Of a stretch of DNA of 64,000 nucleotides, positions 1 to 13,714 are shown in pieces. Origin of the DNA: Octopus sinensis. Taxonomy: Eukaryota. The first letter of the stretch is position 1, and every line of letters starts with the position of its first letter. The notes beneath the pieces were generated by a model. The model did no database searches. It was not told where the DNA came from and saw only the letters and a list, made by a program, of their open reading frames with translations. A program made the position numbers and the translations under genes. The stretch spans positions 97,588,001 to 97,652,000 of the forward strand of contig NC_043005.1 in assembly GCF_006345805.1 (NCBI RefSeq), read 5' to 3'.

Positions 1-1758
1 TGAAATGTTAAGTGTTTTAAAATAAAATTCATTAAACTACCACATGACCCTCTCACTTTCAACGAATGTCTGCATACATACTACAACCAGGACTTTGCAT
101 CATTTAACTAGGAGAGAGAGAGAGAGAGAGAGAGAAACAAGTATGGTTCTACAATGCCAAATGCTACATTCATCTGTTGCTCTATTAGACATGCAAGGTT
201 TATGAAAGACCTGTTTTACATGGAAAGATACCTTTGCCAAAAACTCAAGAAAACAACACCAAAAAACACACAACACAGTTAAGTTCCCTCTGGTGTGCGA
301 CTTCCTTTACTGCTGCTGTAACAGACCAACAGGGACAGTTGGAATTTATGACCTTCACATGAACAGCTTATGCTAATTCCTATATATTTAATATACATCC
401 TCATGTTGGTGGCTGCGAAGAAGAAGAAGAAGCAAGCAGTAGATGAAGAAAAAGAACAAAATGAGAAAGAAGAAGAAAGGAAAAAAAGAATCAAAATCAA
501 AATCAGAAGAAAACACTAGTAGACAGCTGCCAGTTAATGTAGAGTAGCACTGATATTGATCAATTCCATGAGGTAGAAAGAACAAATTATATTACATTAA
601 AAAAAAGAAAAAGTGTTTCCAGTCAGTAAAGAGAAAATATTGTAGATTGTTATTAAACACACACACACACACACATTGCAGTAAAACTTCCCGATGTCTG
701 TTATGTTTATTGCCTTACAGTCATTACTTTCCTTGAGTCAACAACAAGGGAACTGCTATGTCGTCACTCAACAGTCTAGAAATAACAGCCAATTTTTCCT
801 CAAATCACATCTGACCATCTTAAGAAAAGAAAAGATTCTTTTCACAAAGACTCCCAAGAGATTCATGAAGCCAGAATGGCTTCTGCCTGAACACCTTTTG
901 TTACAAGATCGATTATTTTCTCAAGAACAATTATATTCAAAATATAAATATTAAGGATCTCTCTTTATAAGCGATGATGCTCAGCTAAGCATATTTTCTA
1001 CAAGTGCTGTTTTCCTGATTTTTGAGTCCAACTGACACTGAGGGGTTATAGCTGAGCTAGACAATAGTATCAGAATGCTGACCTTATAGGTCAATGTTTT
1101 ATATCATAGTATTGACAATGTATTGTCAGTTTCTTCACCGACCACTAAGATGGCTTTGTCTCAAGGCTACCACCAGAGTATTTAGCATCTCAAACCCTAT
1201 AGTGGATAGCTTCCACTTCTCCATTAATTTTTCCCCTACATTTACCTATCCAAATTACACCAGCTGGAAAATGCAGTTTCAAAACAAGAAATCTATTGTT
1301 TTATGATCATTTAAGTCACCAGCGAAATTTGTTACTGGGCAAAATTTGAAATATTTCCCACTATATCAATGCGGGAGGTCATAACACCACATGATCTTGT
1401 TGAGCCTACCTCCACCCATTCATATCTTCTGATCTTCTTCGTTCTGGGAACATCCTCTTTTGCTTTCTTTATTACTAAGATTTAGTGTTTTTAATTGGAG
1501 AAAGAAATTTCGTGTCAGCTCCAATCTTAGCAGATTTCAGACAAATGACTAGCCTATCCAGTGCATAATGCCAATCCCACTTTGTTGTCCTGTAAAGATA
1601 CACTATTTTTATCACTTTATATTTGTAAGCAACCGGAGTTATATATCCAACAAACACTTCATTGGGCTGTAGTGTCAAGATTTAATTTTCCTGTGAATAT
1701 CAAAAGAATACACTCAACTCTGCCGTAAAAGTAGTGGCGGTGGTGGTGCTGCTGCTGT

Positions 1759-1958
1759 TGTTGTTAAGCAACAAGACGGGTAAGGGTGATTAGGTGATCG
1801 TCTAGGGCTTAGGGGCAGGAGACCCCAGACCTTAGGAAAAAAACAACTTTGGTCGTCTTGTTGTAGTCGAGGGCTCTTCGTTGACGCCCGACACCACTGG
1901 GAGGTGGCCCTCGAAGTCGCTGGAAATGGAGATCTCCAGGTCCAAATTCTTGAACGGT
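1759..1958 (-). mobile_element. GC-rich structured ~200-bp insert, probably a retroelement 3' end, inserted in a (GCT)n tract
   Basis: GC/CpG-rich island in AT-rich intron. The minus strand ends in a (CAA)n-like tail. TGCTGCTGCTGT flanks both sides (1747-1758, 1962-1973). Several internal inverted repeats. Confidence 0.45.
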
Positions 1959-2046
1959 TGCTGCTGCTGCTGTAACCAAATGGGATATGAAGTTCCCCTT
2001 GGTTAACTTACTACATACATATACTATTACAAGCCCCAATTCTTAA

Positions 2047-2496
2047 CCCTTTAGCATTGACATTACTGTGTGAAATGTAATGTTTGTATATTCACATTGT
2101 TTTCAACTCATCATTCATCATGAAACTTTGAGATTTCGATGATGTGACAGTATATTTTCAAAATGACATTGTGGCTGTAGGTTTGAGAGACAGGGAAAAG
2201 GCGGCGAGCTGGCAGAAACGTTAGCACACCGGGCGAAATGCGTAGCCATACTTCATCTGCCGTTACGTTTTGAATTCAAATTCCGCCGAGGTCGACTTTG
2301 CCTTTCATCCTTTCAGGGTCGATTAAATAAGTACCAGCACTGGGGTCAATATAATCGACTTAATCCATTTGTCCTCTCTGTGTTTAGACCCTTGTGGGTA
2401 GTAAAGAAATAGGTTTGAGAGACATGGTCTGGCTAGTTTAAACATAAAACTTGTAGAATATTTTGGCCAGATATGGCTGGATTGAATGCTAAATGG
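2047..2496 (+). mobile_element. Non-autonomous TTAA-target (piggyBac-type) MITE, family 2, interrupted by a SINE
   Basis: Starts TTAA|CCCTTTAGCATT and ends in degenerate AATGCTAAATGG|CTAA. A related 5' piece occurs near 41790. Confidence 0.65.
2193..2409 (+). mobile_element. tRNA-derived SINE (family B, single monomer) with 15-bp TSD
   Basis: GGCGGCGAGCTGGCAGAA head, GTTCAAATTCC-type B box, GCCTTTCATCCTTTC..GGTCGAT..AGTACCAG domain. TAGGTTTGAGAGACA at 2178-2192 and 2410-2424. Confidence 0.85.
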
Positions 2497-2537
2497 CTAA
2501 ATATTCACTAAACTAGTACGAAGCCTCATCAGGTCAC

Positions 2538-2930
2538 ACTCTCTTACTCTTTACTCTTTTACTTGTTTCAGTCATTTGACTGCGGCCATGCTGGAGCACC
2601 GCCTTTAGTCGAGCAAATCGACCCCGGGACTTATTCTTTGTAAGCCCAGTACTTATTCTATTGGTCTCTTTTGCCGAACCGCTAAGTAACGGGGACGTAA
2701 ACACACCAGCATCGGTTGTCAAGCAATGCTAGGGGGACAAACACAGACACACAAACACACACATACATATATATATACATATATATGACAGGCTTCTTTC
2801 AGTTTCTGTCTACCAAATCCACTCACAAGGCATTGGTCGGCCCGGGGCTATAGCAGAAGACACTTGCCCAAGATGCCACGCAGTGGGACTGAACCCGGAA
2901 CCATGTGGTTGGTAAGCATCCTACTTACCA
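2538..2930 (-). mobile_element. tRNA-derived SINE (family A)
   Basis: Near-identical to copies at 6202-6570 and 37364-37640; CCTTGGGCAAGTGTCTT core, (AGAGTAAA)n tail. Confidence 0.88.
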
Positions 2931-5372
2931 AGAAATAACACAAATTTCGCGTATAAATTCCTGATATAAAGTTTGTTTATCAGATGTATGTAACATTGCT
3001 TCTATACAAGAACTGAGCAATTCTGATAATTCTCTTTATCTATTAATACTTTAATTCTTCCTGTAGTAAAATACTTCAAACTACTCAAACAAGTGTCTAT
3101 CAAATAAATACCAAGGAAACTTAGAAATCTTTCCCAGATGTTTTAAGAAAACTCAAAGAAAAAAAAAAAAAACCTTCAAATTCCACAATGTTATATTTGT
3201 GAGCATACATATACATTACACACAGAAAGTGTTACACAATAAAACCAAATAAGAAAAATTAAAAAAAACACAAGTTTCTTTCACTATTTAACTCGTGCCT
3301 TTCTACATTCTGGTTTTTGCATAAATTAAAAAAAAACAAAAACAAAACAAAAAACAACTTGACTCAAAGCAAATTTAAGCTAAAATTCTTAAAAGATGAT
3401 ATTGTATATGTTCCTACATTTGGGAATAAGCCAGACACCAAAGGTCAGGATGAGGAAACTGACATAAGATTGGAAAAGTTAGATAATAGCTTCTAAGAAA
3501 AATTCAAACTGGTTATTTAATCTTATTGTCTGTTGATATAAATCTATCCAATACAAGTAACAAACTGTAGTAAACACAAGATATTCAAGAAATCAAATGG
3601 CGACTTTACTTAGAAAGTACTCTCTCTCTCTCTCTCACATTACTAATGATCTTCTGTCTGTTGTATTTATTTCTTGTTTCTTGGCAAATAACTTAAACCG
3701 TTTGATAGAAACATCTTAGAGATAAGCATTACATTCAAATTATTAATTCTTACAATGGCTATTCATGAGAAGGAGAGAAAGGTTATATGGTTATAGAGTC
3801 CGCATATTATTAGCTTAACTTCTACTCTATGTTGCTCACCCCTCCTATTACAAATATAACGTATAATTAAATAATCCCATCGTCAAAATTATAGCTCAGA
3901 AAGAAATCAGAGCCATTCCATTATCGTTTCTAGTATACTTGACAAAGCAGAAAATGGCAAACGATTTACGCATGTGCACTTGTTCTATGTGTTTTATATC
4001 AAACATTATTAACTATGCAAGCATGTGTTCCTTGGTTTGATTCTGTGTGGCTTTAGGAGCAAGTGTCTTTTACCATGACCTCACGTTGACCAACATTTTG
4101 GGAGTGGAATTTAGGAGACAGAAACAGAACAGAAGTCTTCTGCATGCATGTGTGTGATAAATTTAATCATGTATAAACTAGTTCTAGAATAGGAAGCAAC
4201 TAAAAAAGGTTGGTGACAAGAAGGGCATCTGACTACAAAACACTGCCTCAAAAACACCATTTCACCCATACCACCATGGAAAAGTGGACAGAAAGCATTG
4301 ATTATACACACAAATTGACTTGGGCATATCTTTTACCAATTTATATCAGCATAAGATATAAACATCACTAAGAAAACCAGAAAGGGTAGGGGACAAAGTT
4401 TTATGCTGGAAGTCCCTTGCACTGTGTTGGACACTCCTTTGTAAACTCAATGTCAGATATGCAGTGAACCAGTGACTGACCCATTCAAACCCTGCAACCA
4501 ATGGTGCTACTGGTCACTAACTAGGATATAAAATAAAAAATATATAACCATTAAGAAAATTTCTCTTGTAATATTTTGCTTATTTTCTGCCTTTCACAAG
4601 TTTGGAAAAGGATGTGCAAAATGAGGAGGGTAATAGAGGGAGAAGTGAATCAATTCTTAATTCCTTTAGAGAAGCAAATCACTAAATAGTAGTGAGCAAA
4701 TTGCTACACAGATGTAATTATCTAATAATCGTAGTGGAATGTGCATATATAGACACATATACATCAACATATTCATTTTAACATGAACTTTTCTATGTTG
4801 AAGATTTTTCTACAGTTGGATGCTCTTCCTGCTGCTAATCTGTACCGATTTCCAAGCAAGGTAATATTTCCCCAAGTGTATTGAACAAGGAACAACCTAG
4901 ACATACTTTATGGGAGAATTGTAAGCAAATAACATCATCTGCATGAATGATAACATTTGGTCTACAATCAGAGTGCATGTCAAAACAAGATGAACACAAA
5001 CACAAAACAGGCTTCTTTCAGTTTTCATCTGCCAAATTTTATTTACAGTGATTAATCCTTGGCTATATTCAAAGACAGAAACTGAGAGTGTCCACTCAGT
5101 GGGAATGAACCCCAAACCATAATCACACAACCATTCCCTACACCCAACACAAATATGCTTGCACAGCTTTCTTGCCTTTTAGGTTTGGTTCCAGTTATTG
5201 CAATGTAGCTATGTTGTGGTGGCACCACCTAACTTTGGAAGAATGAAAGGCAAATTAGGGTGAGGTAGGAACATGAACTTAGAATATAAAAGAATATAAA
5301 TACCACAAAGTCTGATGCTCTACCAATTCTGCTATCCATACACAAACATGGATACACACAAACTCCCAAGTA

Positions 5373-5885
5373 CTTTAAATCCTTGAGTATAATCTCCATT
5401 TTCCCCGCCAAAAATTAAAGGTCAAAATCCCTAGTGCATACTATATATGAGATTAAAAATGAAAATTATTTTCTAAGCAATGTCCGAGTCTCTATTTGCT
5501 GTCCGGCAATGTTTATTCAGATGCATTTTCTGATGTTGGGCGCGAAAATACCTTAAGCTAAGCCTGAAAGGAATGAAGTCATAAAAGAATCATCCATAAC
5601 TTACAGTAAGCAACATTTATTAAACGTTATTACTGTTATTTCTTTATTTTCTGCAAACAAAATGCACAAAAAAGCTACACGTTTGCATTATGTTATATGT
5701 ACAATAATAATAAAGGACGTTACCGTATACATTTTTACAAACCAAGGGCGTTATATAGACTTCCTTGACTCAAGTCAGAGAAGGGGTGCATATTATATAC
5801 AAGGCTTAGGTTTTTCAGAGGTACAGCCCCCTAAAAATCCCCTGCGTATTATACTCAAGGGCAGACTATACTCGAGGATTTACAG
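5373..5885. mobile_element. Tc1/mariner-pogo-type MITE
   Basis: Left TA|CTTTAAATCCTTGAGTATAATCT matches the reverse complement of right AGACTATACTCGAGGATTTACAG|TG. No coding capacity. Confidence 0.7.
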
Positions 5886-6201
5886 TGTATATACTTCAGA
5901 TTGTAGGTTAAATTATGATACAATCAAAGTACATAAAGGGAATTACACCAGAGAAATTAACTGCAATTCTTTATAAAATAGAAATGAAAGCTAAGGCTTT
6001 TGTAAAAAGACAAATATGTTGTAACAAACATTTTCTAAAACCAGCATCAATCATTCACATACAGTCAAATGGTTTCAACTTAGAATTCAAAGAATTTCAT
6101 GAACAGTTTCTCAGGTATTTCATTCTTATTCTATTTCACACACTAATTTGTCTAAGTTCATTTATGCTAGAGTGGTTTTTTTTTGCAAAATTGAATATTT
6201 T

Positions 6202-6570
6202 ACTTATTTACTTGTTTCAGTCATTTGACTGCTGCTATGCTGGAGCACGGCTTTTAGTTGAGCAAATTGAACCCAGGACTTATTCTTTGTAAGCCTAGTA
6301 CTTATTCTATCAGTCACTTTTGCTGAAGCGCGAAGTTACAGGGACGTAAACACACCAGCATCGGTTGTCAAGCAATGTTGGGGGGGACAAACACAGACAC
6401 ATATATACGATGGGCTTCTTTCAGTTTCCATCCACCAAATCCACTCACTAGGTTTTGGTCGGCCCGAGGCTATAGTAGAAGACACTTGCCCAAGGTGCCA
6501 CGCAGTGGGTCTGAACCCGGAACCATGTGTTTGGTAAGCAAGCTACTTACCACACAGCCACTCCTGCGCC
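6202..6570 (-). mobile_element. Full-length tRNA-derived SINE (family A) with 12-bp TSD
   Basis: Minus strand starts GGCGCAGGAGTGGCTGTGTGGTAAG (A-box-like) with GGTTCAGACCC B box. ATTGAATATTTT at 6190-6201 and 6574-6585. Confidence 0.9.
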
Positions 6571-9500
6571 TACATTGAATATTTTCATATAAGAAATTGC
6601 ACTAAAAGCTTACAGGCAAATATTCTAATTTACATAAAACTACACCCTGCCACCACCTAACAGAATATGAAAAAGTGGATATATAATAATAAAAAAAAAA
6701 GAGAGAGCCTATACATTCAATTTGAAGTAAACATTATTATTTAGAGATGGGGAGGTGTTGCCTTACTGTGCTAAAACCGTTAGGGACGGGCCAAGTTATA
6801 TTTTTGTACATGGTTTCTAAACATAAAAGTAAAAATGTAGGAAACTATATTGATTGATGAGTCAAATAATTGATGCAGACGACCAACACCCACACTGAAT
6901 TTCAGCTGTTGGTTAGTGATAGAATCCATTAGAGACAGTATATGTAGCATCACCCATTTCATTTTCCATTGCATTTCAAGAAGGCCATTACCCATTCATT
7001 ATATGTGAGGGTTAACTCATCAAATAGATAAGCTGAATAAGGTTACTGCAGTTAATACGGAAGAAGAAGAAATACAGTTAAACGTATTCTCAAATTGAAT
7101 AGTGGTGGGCATGGGGAGTGTAGAATACGACCAGCAAATAACAATGTTGGATGTTGTGTACGATGGGAGCTTCACAGCAAATTGAAAGAATAACTGCAGA
7201 ATAACTGGACAAGGATTTGGGAAGTAAGCATTCGTATAAACATAGTCTATTAGTGTTAAAGATTAAAAAAGAAATTAGTCATTTCAGGGAGGGAGAACAG
7301 CACTTCAGAATCAAGTGTGTTACGGAACCTGAGAGTCAATAGCTATTATTTATTTTCCACTGGCATGGCTGTCTAGTTAACTTATGTGGTTTTCGTTTCA
7401 GTCTCACTGTATGGCACCCTAGGCAACTGTCTTCAACTATAATCTCAGATCAACAAACACCTTGTGAATGAATTTGGTAGACATAATGTATGGGAAGCTA
7501 GTTGTGTGTGTGATTATAAATATTTACATTCCCACTGTGTGAAAGTATTGAGCTACAAATGATGATGATTGTTGATGTTGCCTGTCAACAAAATCATCCT
7601 CCGCTTCTGTGTTTCCAAAGCTGGGGGGGGGGACCCCCCCCAACAACCTTCATTTGGAAAACAGGTAAGGGTTAGCAGCAGAAAGGGCATCAGGTAGTAA
7701 AACAATATGCTGCAATAAGTAATATGTATTTGTTTAACCAATGTGAATATGAATTAACAATAACAGCCCTATCCCACAAAATCCCTAAGATAAATGAAAA
7801 AATAGAATGCATGAAGAACCAGGCTACATCATTGTGTTTTGCAACATAAAAAATATAAATTCCCAGAGCATCCACTGCAGTTGGTGAATTCCCCAAATTT
7901 ACAGGTAACAAATGCAGTCAAAATTGCTCAGTTGCAATTTGTTTCACTCTTATTAAGTCATGCCAGTCAGTAATGTATATAAAAACACTAGATATATCTG
8001 TTAACAAATGTTTCCATTGAAGAAACAAGTCTTCTTCCTATTGGTGTGATGACAAGCATTAGATACAGCACTGAGATTCTTAGCTGTTATTTCCTAAAGC
8101 AAGCACACAGCTGAACTCTACTTTCTGGCATTGATTTTATATGGGTTATGCTTGTGCTTAGGTATTGTTGTATATCATAATGTTTTGCTATTGTGCCGTA
8201 TGTTTATTATGATGCATAATCATATTTCTTTCACATATTTTTATTATGTATCATCACTGACATATATTTATGTAGGTGTTTTTATGATTTTGTATTATTT
8301 TATTATATGTTATAGAGAATTGAGAACATTGAAGATTGTCAGATCTTTGAGTTGATGCTGTCCAATGAAGCTATTGTTTACAAATGCAGGTTTTTTTTTA
8401 AACCATGAAATTGTTTGTGTTTTTCCCAAACCACCAAAACACATAAGAATGCTATACTGACAAATAAAATCTGATACAGTTATTACGTTGCTGGGCTTAT
8501 TGGCCACAGGCTACAAGATATGATAGTCTGCTTGTTCCAGTGTGTATATTCGAAAATATCAATCTTTCCAAAATCAGTAAGAGAGATGTATATATTTAAA
8601 ATTAGCACCTATCCACAAAAAGAAACTTCTTTCATCAATTCATTTGCAGCAATTCCATTTTACTGATCAATAAAATGAACCAAAAAAGCAAAAAACAACC
8701 ACCCAATCCCCAGCACCTACACTCTGTCATATATACACACTGATATTGCACATCCAGTGAAGCATACTAGCTTCATTTCTTTCAAGCCTTTGCATGTCCT
8801 CTGCTTGTTCACACACAAGCATCATACAATCTGCCTGTCACTCTGAAGGAGGGGACCTTTGGTACTAACAAAGGTAGAAGCTCGCTGAACTTTGCCCTGA
8901 GGGTCGGTTATGTCATATATATGTGTGCAGCTCTACAAGAACCTACTCTGCCACTCCCCAAATAGTATACCCTCAATCCACAGCATAAAATACTCCCCAC
9001 CTTGGGTTTTGTAGTCTTCTGAGTTGCATGGTGACCTCAGTAGTGCTGTGGTACAAAAAAAAAGCATCTACTACATACTGTAAAGTGATTGGCATTAGGA
9101 AGGACATCCAGGAATAGAAACTATGCCAAAGCAGGCACTAGAGCATGATGCAGTCAACCCGTCCAACCCATGCCCGCAAGGAGCATGGATGTTAAATGAT
9201 GATGATGATTAGAGAACTAAATGAAATAAATGTGATTTAAAGGGGGAAATGACAAAGTTTAAAATGCACAGGAGAGGTATGGGTGACTGCAAAAATGTCT
9301 ATGTATTAGCATAAAAAATTCAAAACAAAACAGTTTAAAAGCACCGAAAAATAATTGATATAATTACAATCAGAATAAACATTTTGTCTTTAAGTTGAAA
9401 AAAAACAAACAAACAAAACTCCTGATAAAGACAATTTAACATGAACATATATGTAATGATAATAGTAGGCTCAATCAAAGTTTATTATTTACTATATTTC

Positions 9501-10196
9501 TTCCTTGTCCCTAACACCTGCTCCTGCATTCAAGTCAAAATAACTTCTACATCATTAACATTTTCCATAGATTATTTCCCCTCGAGATTGTATTAGTATG
9601 GTCACACATTACATCTTCTCCATCTATTTGATTTCTAGCTAGTTTTCAATGATAAATCAGAGCCTGATATTTGTTCCATTTTCATTCTATCAATTTCTCC
9701 TGTGATAAATCAAATACAAAACGAAATGTTATATTTTGACAAAACTTATTGTATACAAGCTGTTCTTTAGAAATTCAATTTTCTAAATGGAAATCTACCA
9801 ATTCGTAATCTATCTTAACATATCATTAAACGTTTTTCTTTTTTTTACTAAAAATTAAGGTATGTTAACTCTATAATGACTTCTATTCCACTTAATATAG
9901 CAATCTGGAATGTATCTGTACACTTTTGACAAAATTTTGCAACAGAAATAATTAATTCTACTATAGGGCCCAAGGCCTGAAATTTTGGAGAAGGGTGCTA
10001 GTTGATTACAATCAGCCACAAAGCTTAACTGGTAGTTATTTTATCGAGACAGAAAGGATGAAATGCAAAGTTGGCCTGAGTGGAATTTGAACTCAGAATG
10101 TAAAGTTGGAAGAAATGCCACTAAGTATTTTGTCCAATTCATTGAAGATTTTGCCAGCTCATTACCTTTTTGTAACAGAAATAATGCTGGCAGAAA

Positions 10197-10972
10197 CGAG
10201 GGACGTTCAATAAGTAATGCCCCTGACCCACTTGCAGTTGTTTGATCTAGCTGAAATTTTGCATGTGCAATTATTTATATCTCTATAGATTAAGTGGCAA
10301 ATTACAGCTCTGAACTAATTGTAGTTTCTGATTTACAGGTGTTTGAACAGAGTCAAGTGTGAAATGGAGCCTGTTGAGTGTCGAGCAGTGATCTGGTTTT
10401 TGTATTTGAAAGGACGCACACCACAGGAGACTTTTGATGAAATGAAAGTAACTTATGGTGATAATGCCCCATCATATGACCTTGTAAAACACTGGCATCG
10501 TGAATTCAAACATGGTTGGAACTCTGTGGAAACAGCTCCCAGATCTGGTCGCCCCCTCCCCCCACTTCTGCCATTGATGAGGCATCTGTCCGTCAAGTTG
10601 AGGCTGCCATTTTGGAAGATCGACGCATAACTATTCGCCAAATAGCCCATGAGGTCAAGATTAGTACCGGGTCTGTGGAAACTATCATTCATGACCATTT
10701 GCATATGCAAAATGTGTCTGCCAGATGGATTCCCAGGTTGCTCACACCTTTCCAGAAGCAAGAACGCGTCGAGTGCTTGAGGATGAATTTGGAGATGTGC
10801 CAAGAAGATGAGTCAAAATCTTCAAAAGACTGATTACACAGGATCAAACGATGGGAGAAATGCATAACTCTGGGTGTTTCCTATGTAGAAAAAGACTAAT
10901 AACTGTGCCAAGCTTCGTTGCTCTACTACTATGGGAAGTGGGTCAGGGGTATTACTTATTGAACGCCCCTCG
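10197..10972 (+). mobile_element. Internally deleted mariner transposon with frameshifted transposase N-terminus
   Basis: ~34-bp TIRs (CGAGGGACGTTCAATAAGTAATGCCCCTGACCCA / reverse complement at 10939-10972), right TA. ORFs 10343-10630 and 10516-10833 give HTH motifs, RSGRP and the WIPRLL linker; the DDD domain is deleted. Confidence 0.92.
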
Positions 10973-12037
10973 TATGATACACATCAACTGAAAGATAGCC
11001 GATATATTATGCATATATCAATCTAGAAACAAGATAAACAGAACACCTTATTTTATCTTCATTGTGACTTTAGCATCTGTTTTTCAATGCTGGTACATAT
11101 TGAGTGATGGCAATAACATCACTCTTCTTCAGCCTATCTTTTATCTCTCTCTGAGGTGAAAAATACTTAGATCTGATTTGACCACTTCTCCTCACCTTGC
11201 GTCTTACTTATTTTTTTATTTCCATTAGATACCTTCCAAAGTAGGCATTATCTATATATATGCCCAAGAGTAGTGAACCGGCAAAATTGTTCAGATGTAG
11301 GACAAAATGCCCAACAATATTTATTTTAGTTTTCAATGTTCTGGACTGAAATTCTGCCAAGTTCAACTTTGCCTTTCATCCTGCCAAGGTTAAAAATATA
11401 AGGCACCCATCAAATACTGGAGCTGGGTAAATCAGCTAACCCTCTTCTCCAGATTTCAGTCATTAGGCTTAATTTGGAAATAATCATCTACATAATAAGC
11501 ACAGGCATGGCTGAGTGGTAAGAAGCTTGCTTCCCAACTACATATTTTCAGGTTCAGTCCTACTGCATGACACCTTGGGTAAGTGTCTTTTACTATAATC
11601 TTGAGCTGACCAAAGTCTTCTGAGTGGATTTGGTAGAAGGAAATGGAAAAAAGCCTATTGTATGTATACATACATAGTTAAAATTTACAGAAAAAAAAGA
11701 CAAAGACAAGCCTAAGAACAACAAGCAGGTGTATTAGTTTAATGCTCAGGAAGAATGGAAAAGTGGAAAACAAGAAAAGAAAAAAATCACTATTTCAAAA
11801 GTGAGCTACATTATTTTTCTTTTTTAAATGAATAAATTCTCTCTCTGATATCATCTTAAGATAAGGGTGGTGGGGGCTGCCCATAAAATACAGGTACAGT
11901 GATTTTTGAGGAATACTATAAGACTTTTGCAACAAAAGTTTAGGAAACTTTAAACCAGGGGATAAAACTATCAACATATACATGAATAAATTAATTTAAC
12001 ATACTAAGTATCATTGTATAAACATTTTACCATAAAT

Positions 12038-12041
<4 letters not shown>

Positions 12042-12117
<76 letters not shown>
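12042..12117. repeat. (GA)n microsatellite
   Basis: Uninterrupted GA dinucleotide run. Confidence 0.98.
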
Positions 12118-12120
<3 letters not shown>

Positions 12121-13046
12121 ACACACACTTAGAAGATAAGAATTTTTTTAGCATTAATATAGGTTTAAATTCTGTACACAAATAGGTGAAGTAAATTTGT
12201 GAAAACAACATTGAAAAACATCAGCATGAAAATAAACGAAGAATAATTAATAGTATAGACTAAAATTAAAACTCCAGGGAAATCCATGTAAACAGTGAAA
12301 TGTCATAAAAAAGAATTTTGAGCCAAAATATCTAAATCAATAAATTCTTTTATTGTTTTGTAGTAGCAGCCCACAGTAGATGCAAGAGATTAGACAATTC
12401 TAGACAGAGTCTTTCTCAATACTGTTTCATGTTCACACACAGTCTCCTACATACATACTTTCTCAGGTGCTTTATTTATTTTAATCCTGTTAATACTACT
12501 CTTGGTTTTACGCTACAAAACTACTTGTTTAAAATGTTCATATTTAAATTTATATAATCTATCATAATTTTTATGTGAGAATCTTTTCATTACCAGCTTA
12601 ATACTAAACAAATTATACTAAATATTTCCAAGTGCTTGATTACTTTAAAAATCTGAAAAGCTTGTGTGATATATTTTGTTAGATGTAAAGTCACAAAAAG
12701 ATTAAATTGTTCACATGTGATTCCTTGGTTTAAAACAGCCAATCACAGCTGGAACGATATCCTCACTGTATCCTGCTCATATCTTTCACACATTTCAAAA
12801 GTTAATAATTAGTACTTTTCCAGCTTTTACTACTTGTTTTCTCTTATGAGTACAAGATATATCAATAATCAGCATTGGCTTTTGTTGATTACTCTTTTTT
12901 TTATTGTTGTTATTGTCATTTTGACCCCCACCCCCCCAAAAAAAACATAAAAATGTAAAAATACTGGAGTTGATCTAATAAATTGTTTTCTCACAAAATG
13001 TTGTATTATGCCAATGATAGAAACCATTATTATCATCATCATTTTA

Positions 13047-13440
13047 AGGCGGCGAGCTGGCAGAATCGTTAGCACGCCGGGTGAAATGTGTAGCCGTATT
13101 TCATCTGCCGTTACATTCCGAGTTCAAATTCCGCTGAGGTCGACTTGGCTTTCATCCTTTCTGGGTCGATAAATTAAATACCAGTTACGCACTGGGGTCG
13201 ATATAATCGACTTAATCCCTTTGTCTGTCCTTTCTGTGTTTAGCCCCTTGTGGGTAGTAAAGAAATAGGTATTGTGTCTGTATTTATGTATGTTCTGAGT
13301 TCAAATTCTGTCGAGGTCGATTTTTCTTTTTATCCTTTTGGGGTTCGATAAATTAAGTGAAACACTGGAGTTGATGTAATCGACTAGTCCCCCCCCACCA
13401 AACATCAGGCCTTGTGCCTATAGTAAAGATTATTATTAGT
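13047..13440 (+). mobile_element. tRNA-derived SINE (family B, dimeric form)
   Basis: Same head as 2193-2409, followed by a second diverged GTTCAAATTC..GGTCGAT unit and a (TTA)n tail. Confidence 0.85.
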
Positions 13441-13610
13441 ATTAGTAGCAGCAGCAGTGTTGTTTTATAAGAAATTTTCCAATGTAATAGTGAATGGAGA
13501 GTAGCTAGAGCATAATGTTCATAGGTATTTTCCAGTCCAACTGTTTTAAAAGTATCAACATGACCATAGAAAGACTGCCAGTATTAAAAGAAAAAGATCA
13601 AATAACTCAC

Positions 13611-13714
13611 CTATGTCCATACACCAATATTTTGGATCTATCAGCAGGCCATTCACAGATAGCGATGAAAATATCTGGTTCAATTCCATTTTCAAAAAGA
13701 CGTACTTCTGAAAC
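13611..13714 (-). CDS. DCAF15: DCAF15 internal coding exon (equivalent to human exon 4): VSEVRLFENGIEPDIFIAICEWPADRSKILVYGH
   Basis: tctcttgttag|GTTTCA...CATAG|gtgagt; 104 nt = 34 codons + 2 nt; phase 0 start fits the previous exon. Matches human [35 protein letters not shown] (recalled). Confidence 0.93.

Noticed and set aside
388-585. Minus ORF with QCYSTLTG, vaguely like the next DCAF15 exon
   Set aside because: No acceptor gives an open frame in the required phase; the rest is low-complexity (GAA)-rich sequence.
6520-6570. tRNA-like sequences at SINE heads
   Set aside because: A/B boxes are present but there is no complete cloverleaf, and each continues into SINE body; not tRNA genes.
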